Below are positions 44,094-54,290 of a DNA stretch of 64,000 nucleotides, in pieces (position 1 is the first letter of the stretch; the number at the start of each line of letters is the position of its first letter). Below the pieces are notes generated by a model, which worked only from the letters and a program-made list of their open reading frames with translations, was not told where the DNA came from and made no database searches. The translations under genes were made by a program, and so were the position numbers. This DNA is from Candidatus Enterousia sp. Lineage in GTDB: Bacteria > Pseudomonadota > Alphaproteobacteria > Rs-D84. The stretch lies in assembly GCA_045114635.1 (NCBI GenBank), contig JBGUKY010000008.1:39712-103711 (forward strand). Direction: 5' to 3'.

Positions 44094-46041
44094 ATGCCAT
44101 CCATAAATCGCGACCTATTATTCTGTAGGGCGTCATATGTGCGCCCCAAACAAAACCATCTAAACTGCCTGTTTGTTTTACAGGTATCAAAGATGTAATG
44201 CTTCCATCTGCACCAATAAATGCACTTATTCCTGAATAATTAGATCTTACAATTGGCAAACCAGATTCAATCGCATATCTGCGAACCATATCAAGATGTT
44301 GGTATATGCCTGGTGTTGAACCAAACCAAGTATCATTTGTTATATTTATTACAGCATCTGGTGTTACCCCTTGCGGAACCAAAGAATCAGTAAAGATTAT
44401 TTCATAACAAATTGCTGGTGAAAAAGAAAAATCACCATGTATTGTATTTATTGTTATAACATCTTTATTTGTGCCCGCAGATAAATCAGCTGGTGCTGGA
44501 ACAAATCTTCCGAAAGGTCCATATTCCCCAAATGGAACCAGATGAGACTTATCATAAATATTGTTTATCATACCAGTATTATTCGCAACAACCAACGAAT
44601 TATACATCTTACCATCACTATAATGATTTGCCCCCATAATAACATTTGTATTCAACAAACGTGATAAAGGAAACTTTTTATCTATAACAACATATGGATA
44701 TGCAGTTTCAGGATATACTATCAGGTCAGGTCTTACACTGTCATCTTCGGTTGCCCATATAAATAAATCTCGCACTTTTTGTTCTGCTACTGCATGCGCT
44801 TCTTCACGTGTTTTTGACATTTTATACATTGCAGATTCTGCAGGTTGTACTATTCGTATTAATGGCGCATTATCCATATCATAAGCATCATCCAATTTCA
44901 TATTATAATGACCGTATAAACACCCCACGCTAAATAAAAGGATATATGTAATAAACACAAACAAATTTGTTTTTGAATTATTTCTGATTATTTCAACAAA
45001 AGATGCTATCAAACCAATTATAACAAAAGTTAAACCCAAAGCCCCCCACAAAGACATTGAATTGGCAACCATTGGCATATTCATTGTGATATTTGCAATA
45101 GGGTTCCATGGAAAACCAGTTAAAAACCATTCACGGCCCCACAAAACCAATGTCCAAGCAGCAGCGAACAAAACTGCACGTGATGCTGGTTTTCTTGATG
45201 TGTATCTAATAACAGCAAATGGCAAAGAAAGAATAGCGCCACACAACAACCCTATTCCAACCAATGCCGGTATTGTCCAAATTGCAAATTGCGCTGTTAA
45301 TTCTGGAATAACATAGATAGAATTAAGAACCCACCAAAACATCGCAATACCATAAAAAGCACCAAATGGAAAAGACAGCAAATAAGATTTCCAAAAACTT
45401 ATCTTATTTGTTTGCTTTGTTATCAATGCGTACATTGATCCAACACCAAATAAAGACAACATCCATAAATTAAACGGAGCAAAACCAAAAGCAGTTATGA
45501 CGCCCAACAAAGATGCGCTTATATACCACCAAAAACCATTTTCACGGATTTTTATTGATTGAAGTTTATGGATTAACTTGCATGATCCGCAAGATATATC
45601 ACACACAATTACATCATCTGCATAAGGGTTTTTATATCCTAACTTTTTTAATATTTTTATTTCTTTAGATTCCATTATTGCGGCATCTTTGTCTTTGATA
45701 TGATCGTATCCTTGAAGATGCAACATTCCATGAACAACCATATGTACAGTATGTTCTTCAACAGAAATACCTGCCTGCTTTGCTTCGCGTTTTACAGTAT
45801 CAAGGGATATAAAAATATCACCCAACAACACATCATCACCCAATTCAAAAGACAAAACATTTGTTGGTTTATCCATACCACGATATTGTTTATTTAATTT
45901 ATGAATTTGTTTATCATTAACAAGAGTAATCGAAACTTCCGCTTCTTTGTGTACAGGTAAAACCGCCGCATTTGCGATTTTTTCAAAATCTATTTTATAT
46001 TTTTTCCAACTATTATTTTCTATATTAACATAAACTTGCAT
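44032..46041 (-). CDS. ybeY/lnt: in-frame fusion of endoribonuclease YbeY (aa 1-~142) and apolipoprotein N-acyltransferase Lnt (aa ~165-669)
   Basis: The YbeY part carries 'HGMLHLQGYDH' and a normal '...LGYKNPY' end, with no stop codon after it. The ORF continues into Lnt TM helices and the nitrilase-like domain with 'VYPETAYP' (E), 'YDKSHLVPFGEY' (K) and 'SPAICYEIIF' (C). Confidence 0.8.
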   Translation of the reverse strand: MQVYVNIENNSWKKYKIDFEKIANAAVLPVHKEAEVSITLVNDKQIHKLNKQYRGMDKPTNVLSFELGDDVLLGDIFISLDTVKREAKQAGISVEEHTVHMVVHGMLHLQGYDHIKDKDAAIMESKEIKILKKLGYKNPYADDVIVCDISCGSCKLIHKLQSIKIRENGFWWYISASLLGVITAFGFAPFNLWMLSLFGVGSMYALITKQTNKISFWKSYLLSFPFGAFYGIAMFWWVLNSIYVIPELTAQFAIWTIPALVGIGLLCGAILSLPFAVIRYTSRKPASRAVLFAAAWTLVLWGREWFLTGFPWNPIANITMNMPMVANSMSLWGALGLTFVIIGLIASFVEIIRNNSKTNLFVFITYILLFSVGCLYGHYNMKLDDAYDMDNAPLIRIVQPAESAMYKMSKTREEAHAVAEQKVRDLFIWATEDDSVRPDLIVYPETAYPYVVIDKKFPLSRLLNTNVIMGANHYSDGKMYNSLVVANNTGMINNIYDKSHLVPFGEYGPFGRFVPAPADLSAGTNKDVITINTIHGDFSFSPAICYEIIFTDSLVPQGVTPDAVINITNDTWFGSTPGIYQHLDMVRRYAIESGLPIVRSNYSGISAFIGADGSITSLIPVKQTGSLDGFVWGAHMTPYRIIGRDLWMAFILMFSIFVLISISLFQKKD

Positions 46042-46052
46042 TTTATTTTTCC

Positions 46053-47690
46053 TTATGCCGTATAACCATCATTTGAATAATTTGTATAATCATATGAATG
46101 ATTTTGTTTTTCTTTTATCTTTAAAATCCCGTCATTAAAAGCGATTGTTTTTAATTTGTCTTGGTCTGAATACTGCAATTGTTGATAGATGCTGTATTTG
46201 TTATTTCTTAACCCTTCCAAAATTTCTGGTGGCAAAAAATCTTTTACACGTTCACGCGTATTAGGAATATTGCCTATATTACCTTTGTTGTCTCTTGTCT
46301 TTGGATTTCTTAACCATTCTTTGAATGCTGCATATGTAGATGGTATTGGTTCCCAACCATGATCTGTTTCTTGCCATAAAATTTGTTTTCTTATCGTGTT
46401 ATCTTTTTTATAACCACCCATAAATTTAAAGAAATCGGCACAACCATTCGCAGGACAATCTAATAAATCATACGGATCTATTTGACCACTTAACAATCCA
46501 GCTTCCAACCATCTGCGCCAAAAGATACCGCCACCTTCAAGAAAATAGCCACTTAAACTATTCGCTATCTCATCTGGAGATTGATGGTTTAACCACTCAT
46601 CCCCAAAAGAACGCGACCCTGTTATAGGGTATCTTGCAAAACAATCTAATATTATAGAATCTGGTATATTTGCCCCATAACACATTTTACCGTTTTTTCC
46701 ATCCCTGTACTGTCGTAATTCTTCAAAACGTTCTTTGTTATTTTTATTTCTAGGGTTTTCTACTAGTTTATTTGCGGTATTATAAAATATAGAGCCCATT
46801 CCAACGGCTTCATTTGTTGTATTTAATAATAAATCATTGTCATATACATAATACCAATATAATAATGGATACGTTTCATAATCTTCTATATGCCAACGGG
46901 CCAGTTCATAAGCCTCTTCATCTGTTATTGGTTCTGTATATCTATTCACATGCGTCCCATCTTTAAGAACAGTAGAACCAAAACCAATTGTCCAATTATT
47001 TTCACTATCTTTATATGGTTTATGTAAATGTGGTTTATTAGCCGGATTCAATCCTTTCTTTTTGCACACAGATTCATATAAAGCTTTTTCTTTTTTATTA
47101 TTAACATCAAGTAATTTAACGCCTTCTTTAGATATTAAATCAGTGATTAACAATGGTGTCACAGGTTTTAAAGTTTCTTTAAATTCTTTAAAACTTAATG
47201 TTCTTTTTACAGTGTGTTCTACATAATTATCTTTTATACTACCATCATCATTGTTATATTGCGCAATTTTTGTTCCTCCAATAACCATACCCGTGAACAA
47301 ACTATAAACCATCCATAACTGCAATCGTGCCGCAGCCTTTGGATGAGAGATTTTTAATTTTTTAAAAAATTCTATAAATTTAGAATCAGCATTCTTTATT
47401 TTAATATCTTGATTCTTTGCTTTTAATTTCTCTATTATCTTATTATCAAAGAAAATCGTATTTAAATCTTTTACTGTATACTTCCCAAGACAAAATAAAA
47501 ACCATGCTAAATCTATACCAAGCAAACCGGCGGTTCGACTTACTTCATGTACATCTTTTTCGGGTTTCCATTGTTTTATTTTTTGATAAACAGGTTCCAA
47601 TTTGCCTTTATCGCCATGTAGGTATTCATGGCGCGATTTCAATTTCGATGCAATTTTTTTAACCTCGTCTAATAAAGACATAAATTTCAC
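46053..47690 (-). CDS. membrane-anchored, expanded GH24-lysozyme-like protein
   Basis: 545 aa with hydrophobic segments near aa 55-70 and 125-140. 'SKEGVKL', about 30 aa, then 'PYKDSENNWTIGFGST' parallels T4-lysozyme '[21 protein letters not shown]'. A later 'GGIFWRRWLEAGLL' parallels 'GL..RR..E..L'. Confidence 0.5.
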   Translation of the reverse strand: MKFMSLLDEVKKIASKLKSRHEYLHGDKGKLEPVYQKIKQWKPEKDVHEVSRTAGLLGIDLAWFLFCLGKYTVKDLNTIFFDNKIIEKLKAKNQDIKIKNADSKFIEFFKKLKISHPKAAARLQLWMVYSLFTGMVIGGTKIAQYNNDDGSIKDNYVEHTVKRTLSFKEFKETLKPVTPLLITDLISKEGVKLLDVNNKKEKALYESVCKKKGLNPANKPHLHKPYKDSENNWTIGFGSTVLKDGTHVNRYTEPITDEEAYELARWHIEDYETYPLLYWYYVYDNDLLLNTTNEAVGMGSIFYNTANKLVENPRNKNNKERFEELRQYRDGKNGKMCYGANIPDSIILDCFARYPITGSRSFGDEWLNHQSPDEIANSLSGYFLEGGGIFWRRWLEAGLLSGQIDPYDLLDCPANGCADFFKFMGGYKKDNTIRKQILWQETDHGWEPIPSTYAAFKEWLRNPKTRDNKGNIGNIPNTRERVKDFLPPEILEGLRNNKYSIYQQLQYSDQDKLKTIAFNDGILKIKEKQNHSYDYTNYSNDGYTA

Positions 47691-47816
47691 CTATGTTTCA
47701 ATTCAAAGGAACTGATTTATACATGTCATAATTTTTATTAAGCGACTTGATAATCCTTTGTTTCTTTACTAAGATATATTATATCACAAATAAACATTAA
47801 ATTAAACAAAAGTAAA

Positions 47817-49073
47817 ATGACACGACCACTTGCAGATTTGATGAGACCACAAACCATAGACGATATTGTCGGTCAAACTGATTTACTTGGTGAAAACGGT
47901 ATTGTGCACCGTATGGTTAAAAGTGGTAATTTATCAAACTTGCTTTTATGGGGACCTCCGGGATGTGGAAAAACAACTATTGCACGAGCCCTTGCAAATT
48001 CAGTTGATATGGATTTTGTTGCTCTTTCTGCTGTATTTTCTGGAACCGCAGATATAAAAAAAGTTATGGATGTTGCACGCCAAAATCATAACATTGGTCG
48101 TAACACTTTGTTGTTCATAGATGAAATCCACAGATTTAATAAAACTCAACAAGATACTCTTTTGCCATATCTTGAAGATGGCACTGTTACATTTATCGGC
48201 GCAACAACTGAAAATCCGAGTTTTAATTTAAACAACGCCCTACTGTCAAGATGTCATATTGGCGTATTAAAACCTCTGTCTACGGCAGATTTATTGACTT
48301 TAGTTGACAGGGCCGAAAAATTTTTAGATAAAAAATTGCCGTTAACAAAAGAAGCAAAAGGTCATCTTGTTCAAATGGCTGATGGCGATGCCCGTTTTTT
48401 ATTGAACAGTATTGAATATATATCTGGGGCAAAATTCAAAAAAGAATTAGATTCAAAAAAACTTGATGAAATTCTTCAAAAACGTGCACCTATGTCTGAT
48501 AAATCTGGTGACGAACATTATAATTTAATTTCGGCAGTGCACAAATCATTACGTTCTTCTGATGTAGATGCTGCGCTTTATTGGGTTGCACGAATGGTTG
48601 TATCTGGTCAAGACCCACGATATATATTACGCCGTCTTACACGTTTTGCTATGGAAGATGTTGGATTGGCAGACCCGAACGCAATGCAACTTGCATTATC
48701 AGCATGGCAAATTTATGAACGCATGGGTTCTCCCGAAGGGGATATCGCACTAACAGAATTAGTGATATATTTAGCAACTGCACCGAAAAGCATTTCAGCA
48801 TATAAGGCACAAACGGCTTCGTATAGCGTCGCTCGTGATACAGGTTCTTTGATGCCACCAAAGAATATTTTGAACGCCCCAACCAAGATGATGAAAGATC
48901 TTGGATACAATGATGGTTATGTTTACGACCCAGAAACAACAACAGGATGTAGCGGGCAAAATTGTTTTCCAGAAGAAATGGATCGCGTCAGTTTATACAA
49001 ACCAGTTGAACGCGGTTTTGAACGCGAAATCAAAAAACGTTTTGATTATTGGAACTCTTTTCGCAAGAAATAG
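47817..49073 (+). CDS. rarA: replication-associated recombination protein A (AAA+ ATPase)
   Basis: 'LWGPPGCGKTTIA' Walker A, 'LFIDEIHRFNK' Walker B and the MgsA C-terminal domain 'HYNLISAVHKSLRSSDVDAALYW'. Confidence 0.9.
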   Translation: MTRPLADLMRPQTIDDIVGQTDLLGENGIVHRMVKSGNLSNLLLWGPPGCGKTTIARALANSVDMDFVALSAVFSGTADIKKVMDVARQNHNIGRNTLLFIDEIHRFNKTQQDTLLPYLEDGTVTFIGATTENPSFNLNNALLSRCHIGVLKPLSTADLLTLVDRAEKFLDKKLPLTKEAKGHLVQMADGDARFLLNSIEYISGAKFKKELDSKKLDEILQKRAPMSDKSGDEHYNLISAVHKSLRSSDVDAALYWVARMVVSGQDPRYILRRLTRFAMEDVGLADPNAMQLALSAWQIYERMGSPEGDIALTELVIYLATAPKSISAYKAQTASYSVARDTGSLMPPKNILNAPTKMMKDLGYNDGYVYDPETTTGCSGQNCFPEEMDRVSLYKPVERGFEREIKKRFDYWNSFRKK

Positions 49074-49074
49074 C

Positions 49075-49953
49075 TTAGAATAATATCTTTATATTTCCGC
49101 CAATTTGAATTTCAGTCTTTTCAAATTCATAATCAAATCTAGCGACATATTGTGTATTACCATATTGACGCAACACTTTCAAATTCAGCCATTCTTGATT
49201 TGATAACAAATGTCTATTTGTTGATCTACGAACATCAAAACCAATGCCTGCACGCCAATCATATTTAAAACGAAAATATGCTTCTGGCACAAAATCAATA
49301 TAAGATAAACCTTGGGCATCATCAAAAACCCATGTCGATTTTACAGTACCTGCCAAAGTGATCCCTGTATATTGACGACCAAACTTAAATCCAGCAAAAT
49401 ATGAAGAATCAGCATATTCAGGTGTTCTTACATGAGAAGACCCCCATAATTTCAAACCAAATAAAACATCAGATATTATATGATTTTCATTGAATCCGTG
49501 ATTTATACGATATGTTCCACCAAATTCTGTGCTTGAAAAACCATCATCGTGTTTTCCAGATAAGTCCCATTGATACAACATATTCGCATGTATAGCTAAA
49601 TTATTATTTATACCGTATCCGATATATTGTCCAAGACGTAATTTTTCATCAAAACTTGATATATATGTATCCGTTAAAAATTGATTATCAGCAACTAAAA
49701 ACAAAGGGTCAGAAGAATCACTAAGCAATATATTTTTTGCTGCTGGTTTTATTTGTTGCCCAACATAGGAACTTGATTTTTGTGAAGAACTAGTATTTGT
49801 AGAAGCTTTTGGTGCAACAAACGGTTCTTCGCTTGTTGAAACATCAACACTTTCTTCATCAGACACATAAGTATCAGATAAAACAACCCCTTCGCCATAT
49901 GCACTTGTTATGCCAAAAGCAACCATCATCAAAAACAAATATTTTTTCATCAT
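49075..49953 (-). CDS. beta-barrel outer membrane protein (hypothetical)
   Basis: Signal peptide 'MMKKYLFLMMVAFGITSAYG', a Ser-rich linker, and a beta-barrel pattern ending 'GGNIKILF'. The ATG at 49953 is preferred. Confidence 0.55.
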   Translation of the reverse strand: MMKKYLFLMMVAFGITSAYGEGVVLSDTYVSDEESVDVSTSEEPFVAPKASTNTSSSQKSSSYVGQQIKPAAKNILLSDSSDPLFLVADNQFLTDTYISSFDEKLRLGQYIGYGINNNLAIHANMLYQWDLSGKHDDGFSSTEFGGTYRINHGFNENHIISDVLFGLKLWGSSHVRTPEYADSSYFAGFKFGRQYTGITLAGTVKSTWVFDDAQGLSYIDFVPEAYFRFKYDWRAGIGFDVRRSTNRHLLSNQEWLNLKVLRQYGNTQYVARFDYEFEKTEIQIGGNIKILF

Positions 49954-49982
49954 TTCAAACACCAATTTATTAAATCAAGAAA

Positions 49983-51269
49983 TCAGAAATACAAGATTGC
50001 TTGAATTCCAACTTTCCATTCATTGTAATTATCGATTTTATAATCGCCTATTGTGTACAACAACTTACTACCAGAGAATATCGGAGCACCAGTAGAAGAA
50101 TCTACTGGATAAGCAGAAGGGTTGACATCGTAATTCATATACTGTCTTGTTTTTCCGTTTGCAGAATCATACAAACATGTTGATGCATACAAATTCAAAG
50201 CAAAACTATCACCAGGCTGCCATCCAAGTGCACCCTTGATATTCAATTGATTATGCCAATCATAATTTCCATAAACCAATTCCCCGTTCAATGTAAAATC
50301 TTTGCTTAATACAGCAAACGCACCCAAACCACCTTCCAATTGGAGAACATCTTTAACACTTGAATTATAAGAAAGCATTAAATAATCGCCTGTTGAATCA
50401 TCAACATATATACCATATGTATCGCCATTGGTTAAATTGGTATAAGACACACGACCTATTCCATAAACCGTTGTTCTGTCGATTTTATAACCAGCCTTCA
50501 CAGCGCCCATGAATGTGTTTGCCACATCTTTTTGATGTTCAAAAAATGCTTCACCCATAACGATCCATTGATTATCATCTATAAATCTGGCTTGCAAACC
50601 TGCACCAAACAAATTAAGTCCAGAATCAGATTTAGTGTTACCAGCAGAACCATCAGACCAACCGTTAAATTCTATTTTTGTAGAATCATATTGTGCCATT
50701 AAAACCAGCGCCAAAGAATCTGTCAAACCATAACTCAAATCTTCTTTAACTGCGAATTGAGATGTTTTCGCTTTACCAGAAAGCACAGGATCTAAATCAC
50801 CATTAACCCAGCCAAGATATGGCGATACAGCAGAATCCAAGTTGTACACTGTTCCGTTCAACATATCAAAATTAAAATTGTTGCGCGCATAAGAAAAATC
50901 TGTCACAGAACCAAATTTACCTTCTAAAGGTTGAAAGAAAGGATTAGCCAAAAAGAACTTTCTTTCTTGGGAAGAATAAGATCTTTTAACTGTCTTTGTT
51001 TGTTTTTTATCTGTTTTAGTATATCCAATATTTTTATATACACCCCTTGACGAATATGTCTGAACAGGTTGATTATAATAAAAATTATTTGTTATCACAT
51101 TGCCATAACCACCAGTTTTACGGCTTGTGCTTGATCTCTTATAAGTGCTTGTCTTTACAGTTGGCATTGTATAATATCCGCTTCCCGTAGATTGCTTATA
51201 TTCGTATGCCGCCTCAGAAACAAAAGGCATTAACACAACCAAAGCAAAAGCAAGTGTGCACTTTTTCAT
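49983..51269 (-). CDS. beta-barrel outer membrane protein (hypothetical)
   Basis: The ATG at 51269 is preceded by GAAAGGAG. Signal peptide 'MKKCTLAFALVVLMPFVSEA'; C-terminus 'VGIQAILYF'. Confidence 0.55.
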   Translation of the reverse strand: MKKCTLAFALVVLMPFVSEAAYEYKQSTGSGYYTMPTVKTSTYKRSSTSRKTGGYGNVITNNFYYNQPVQTYSSRGVYKNIGYTKTDKKQTKTVKRSYSSQERKFFLANPFFQPLEGKFGSVTDFSYARNNFNFDMLNGTVYNLDSAVSPYLGWVNGDLDPVLSGKAKTSQFAVKEDLSYGLTDSLALVLMAQYDSTKIEFNGWSDGSAGNTKSDSGLNLFGAGLQARFIDDNQWIVMGEAFFEHQKDVANTFMGAVKAGYKIDRTTVYGIGRVSYTNLTNGDTYGIYVDDSTGDYLMLSYNSSVKDVLQLEGGLGAFAVLSKDFTLNGELVYGNYDWHNQLNIKGALGWQPGDSFALNLYASTCLYDSANGKTRQYMNYDVNPSAYPVDSSTGAPIFSGSKLLYTIGDYKIDNYNEWKVGIQAILYF

Positions 51270-51348
51270 CCAAAAACTCCTTTCCATTTTGTTATATTAT
51301 ACCATAAAAAGGGTCTGTAAAAAAGCCAAAAAAACGAAAAAATAAAAA

Positions 51349-53574
51349 TTATAAAATGTGTCTTTTTCCACCAGCATCAGGTGCACTTACCACACCTTCA
51401 TTTTCCATACGTTCAATCAAAGTAGCCGCCTTGTTATAACCAATACCAAGTCTGCGTTGAATGTAAGAAATTGTTGGTTTTTTATCACGAATAACTATTT
51501 CTTTTGCCTGTTCATAAAGGTCGTTAGATTTAGCTTCTTTGGACACAGGCATACCAGGAATAACCGAACCAGCATCGCCACCTTCTTCGGCTGTAACACC
51601 ATCAGCATATTCTGGTTCACCCTGTTCGCGTAAGAAATCTGCGACACGATTGACTTCTTCATTATCTACCAATGCTGCATGAATACGTACTGGCGCACGC
51701 CCTGCCTCACTGAATAACATATCACCTTGAGGCAACAACTGTTCAGCACCCTTTTCACCCAATGTTGTCATAGAGTCAATAGACGAACGTGCTTGGAATG
51801 ATATACGGGTTGGGAAATTAGCTTTGATAACACCTGTAATAACATCAGCACTTGGACGCTGTGTTGCCATAACAAGATGAATACCTGCGGCGCGCGCTTT
51901 TTGTGCCAATCTTTGTACACACATTTCAACATCTTTACGCGCAATAGTCATAAGGTCTGCCACCTCGTCTATAATAATAACAAGATAAGGCATATCAGAT
52001 AAATCAACTTGCTTGGTTTCAAATTCAAATTCACCAGTTTCAGGATCTGTTCCAACAACAACTTGTTCAGTCATAACTTCGCCACTTTCGCGCAATTTAG
52101 CTACTTTTTCATTATATTCGCCAATATTACGTACACCCATCTTTTTAAGTTTTTGATATCTGTCTTCCATGTCGCGCACAGACCATTTCAATGCATTAAC
52201 AGCCTCTGTTGCATCTGTTACTACTGGCGTAATAAGATGCGGAACATTATCCCATGCGGCAAAATCTACAGCCTTTGGATCAACAATCATCAATTTACAT
52301 TTATCTGGTGTAAAATGATACACAATAGATGTGATAATAGATTGAACAAACACAGATTTTCCAGACCCAGTACGCCCAGCAACCAACATATGTGGCATCT
52401 TTGCTAAATCATAATACATTGCTTCACCACTTATGTTAACCCCCAAAGCAAGCGGTATAGCGTATCTAGAATTAATAAATGCAGGATTTGACATCAATGT
52501 CTGATATCGCACTATTTTGCGATCAACATTCACCATTTCAATACCAATATACTGTGTTCCAGCAATTGGGGTAATACGAATTTTTTCCGTTGCCATAGCA
52601 CGAGTCATATCACGTGCGGTATCGGTAACTTTATTTATACGTGTTCCTGGTTCTGGTTCAAATTCATATTGTGTAACAATAGGACCAGGTTTTATACCAA
52701 CAACCTTTCCATATATACCAAATTCTTCAAAATGATCTTGCAATAAAACAGCGGTTTGTTTGAATTCTGGCGTCACAACATTTTTTCCAAACAAAGATTT
52801 TTCCAATAATTCTGGTGGCGGTAATTCATATTCGTGGGCCTCTGTATCACCAACAGCGGCAACTCGCTTGCGTGCGGATTTACGACGCTTTGGTTTTTCT
52901 TCTACTTCCTCTTCTTCATCCTCTTCCTCTTCGTATTCTTCCTCTTCTTCATATTCTTCTTCGTTTTCTTCTGGTTCAACAGGGGTTATTAAATGGAATA
53001 CTGACAACAACCATCTAACCACGTTTACAGTTGATACAAAAGCAGCCCTTACGTGCGACCATTTTATATGCAATAAAATTCCAGACATAACCAAGAATAA
53101 TAAAAAGAAAATTATCCCAACAGGCAATGCCGCAACACTAAGTATTGGCGCAACATCACCCGCAACAATAGCACCAGCAAGTCCACCAAAACTTTTATTT
53201 GGCCACATCAATCCTAATGCAGCGCAACCTATACACAATGTCACAAAACCACGTAATAAATTATATTCTGGTGCCCGCTCTTCTTCCCAACCAACAAATA
53301 AACTAACACCAAAACGACCAAGACATAAAAACAAGAACAAAGCCGGCAAAAAGCCGACAACATACCTTGTGAACATAACAGCATTACCAATTATTCCATG
53401 TTCACCAAATGTACCCTGGACTGCAAATCCTGATAAATACGGATTATAGAAAAATAATGCGACAACCAACCACAAAGAACACAAACAAAACAAAACACCC
53501 ACGCCACGCACAGCCAACTTGCGCAGCACAACAGATATGCTGGTTGGTAAAAACTTTGATTTCTTGCTCATCAT
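51349..53574 (-). CDS. ftsK: DNA translocase FtsK
   Basis: N-terminal TM domain, an acidic Glu/Tyr linker, a motor domain with Walker A 'AGRTGSGKSV' and 'YLVIIIDEVADL', and a C-terminal gamma wHTH 'ISYIQRRLGIGYNKAATLIERME'. Confidence 0.92.
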   Translation of the reverse strand: MMSKKSKFLPTSISVVLRKLAVRGVGVLFCLCSLWLVVALFFYNPYLSGFAVQGTFGEHGIIGNAVMFTRYVVGFLPALFLFLCLGRFGVSLFVGWEEERAPEYNLLRGFVTLCIGCAALGLMWPNKSFGGLAGAIVAGDVAPILSVAALPVGIIFFLLFLVMSGILLHIKWSHVRAAFVSTVNVVRWLLSVFHLITPVEPEENEEEYEEEEEYEEEEDEEEEVEEKPKRRKSARKRVAAVGDTEAHEYELPPPELLEKSLFGKNVVTPEFKQTAVLLQDHFEEFGIYGKVVGIKPGPIVTQYEFEPEPGTRINKVTDTARDMTRAMATEKIRITPIAGTQYIGIEMVNVDRKIVRYQTLMSNPAFINSRYAIPLALGVNISGEAMYYDLAKMPHMLVAGRTGSGKSVFVQSIITSIVYHFTPDKCKLMIVDPKAVDFAAWDNVPHLITPVVTDATEAVNALKWSVRDMEDRYQKLKKMGVRNIGEYNEKVAKLRESGEVMTEQVVVGTDPETGEFEFETKQVDLSDMPYLVIIIDEVADLMTIARKDVEMCVQRLAQKARAAGIHLVMATQRPSADVITGVIKANFPTRISFQARSSIDSMTTLGEKGAEQLLPQGDMLFSEAGRAPVRIHAALVDNEEVNRVADFLREQGEPEYADGVTAEEGGDAGSVIPGMPVSKEAKSNDLYEQAKEIVIRDKKPTISYIQRRLGIGYNKAATLIERMENEGVVSAPDAGGKRHIL

Positions 53575-53611
53575 TGGTATTTTATCACAAATTCAAGAAA
53601 AGTGCAAAAAT

Positions 53612-54289
53612 CTATTTTGAATTGATTTTCTTTAATAATGCTTTCGCAAAATCGGCACACAGCATACCGACAAAAGCGCCAACAACAACATCGCTGGCCC
53701 AATGTGCACCAACATAAACCCGAGAAACACCAATCATTATTGCCAAAGTCCATGTAACCCATTTGATTTTTGGGAACAACATTCCCAGCATAACAAGTCC
53801 AGCAAAACTGACTGCAGTATGTCCAGATGGCATAGAATGAAATTCGTTGCTGCCTGAAAACATATTAAATAACATTGGATCGGCAAATATTGGACGGGCA
53901 CGGCCAATAATTATTTTCAGTATTTTTGTAAAACCACATGCAAAAAATATTGATAAAAAAAGATAAAAAACATAACTGTTTTTAATTTTTACAAATGCAT
54001 ATCTTATATCACATTCATTTCTTACTGCTTTGTATATAAAGAATACAACAACAGATATCAAAGAAAAGATAACCCAAATATTCCAATTAAATATTGCCCC
54101 TAAAGATAATGCCGTAACACATAAAGCATTTGTTGTGTCCGGAACATCAACATTACATGAAGGGTTATTTATCAAATTGAATAATGGCATATCAAAAAAT
54201 AAAATACCAAGCGACGCTAAAATGAGTGTGATAACAGCACCCCATTTAATCCATTTCCATTTCAATGTATTGTCTTTTCTTATAAACAT
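53612..54289 (-). CDS. PAP2-family lipid phosphatase
   Basis: 'IIGRARP', 'PSGHTA' and 'SRVYVGAHWASDV' motifs, with six TM helices. Confidence 0.8.
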   Translation of the reverse strand: MFIRKDNTLKWKWIKWGAVITLILASLGILFFDMPLFNLINNPSCNVDVPDTTNALCVTALSLGAIFNWNIWVIFSLISVVVFFIYKAVRNECDIRYAFVKIKNSYVFYLFLSIFFACGFTKILKIIIGRARPIFADPMLFNMFSGSNEFHSMPSGHTAVSFAGLVMLGMLFPKIKWVTWTLAIMIGVSRVYVGAHWASDVVVGAFVGMLCADFAKALLKKINSK

Positions 54290-54290
54290 T

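Noticed and set aside
52760-53449. A 229-aa plus-strand ORF (Ser-rich) antisense to ftsK.
   Set aside because: It is produced by the complement of the GAA/GAG acidic repeat and lies wholly inside a well-supported ftsK gene. It has low-complexity sequence and no RBS.
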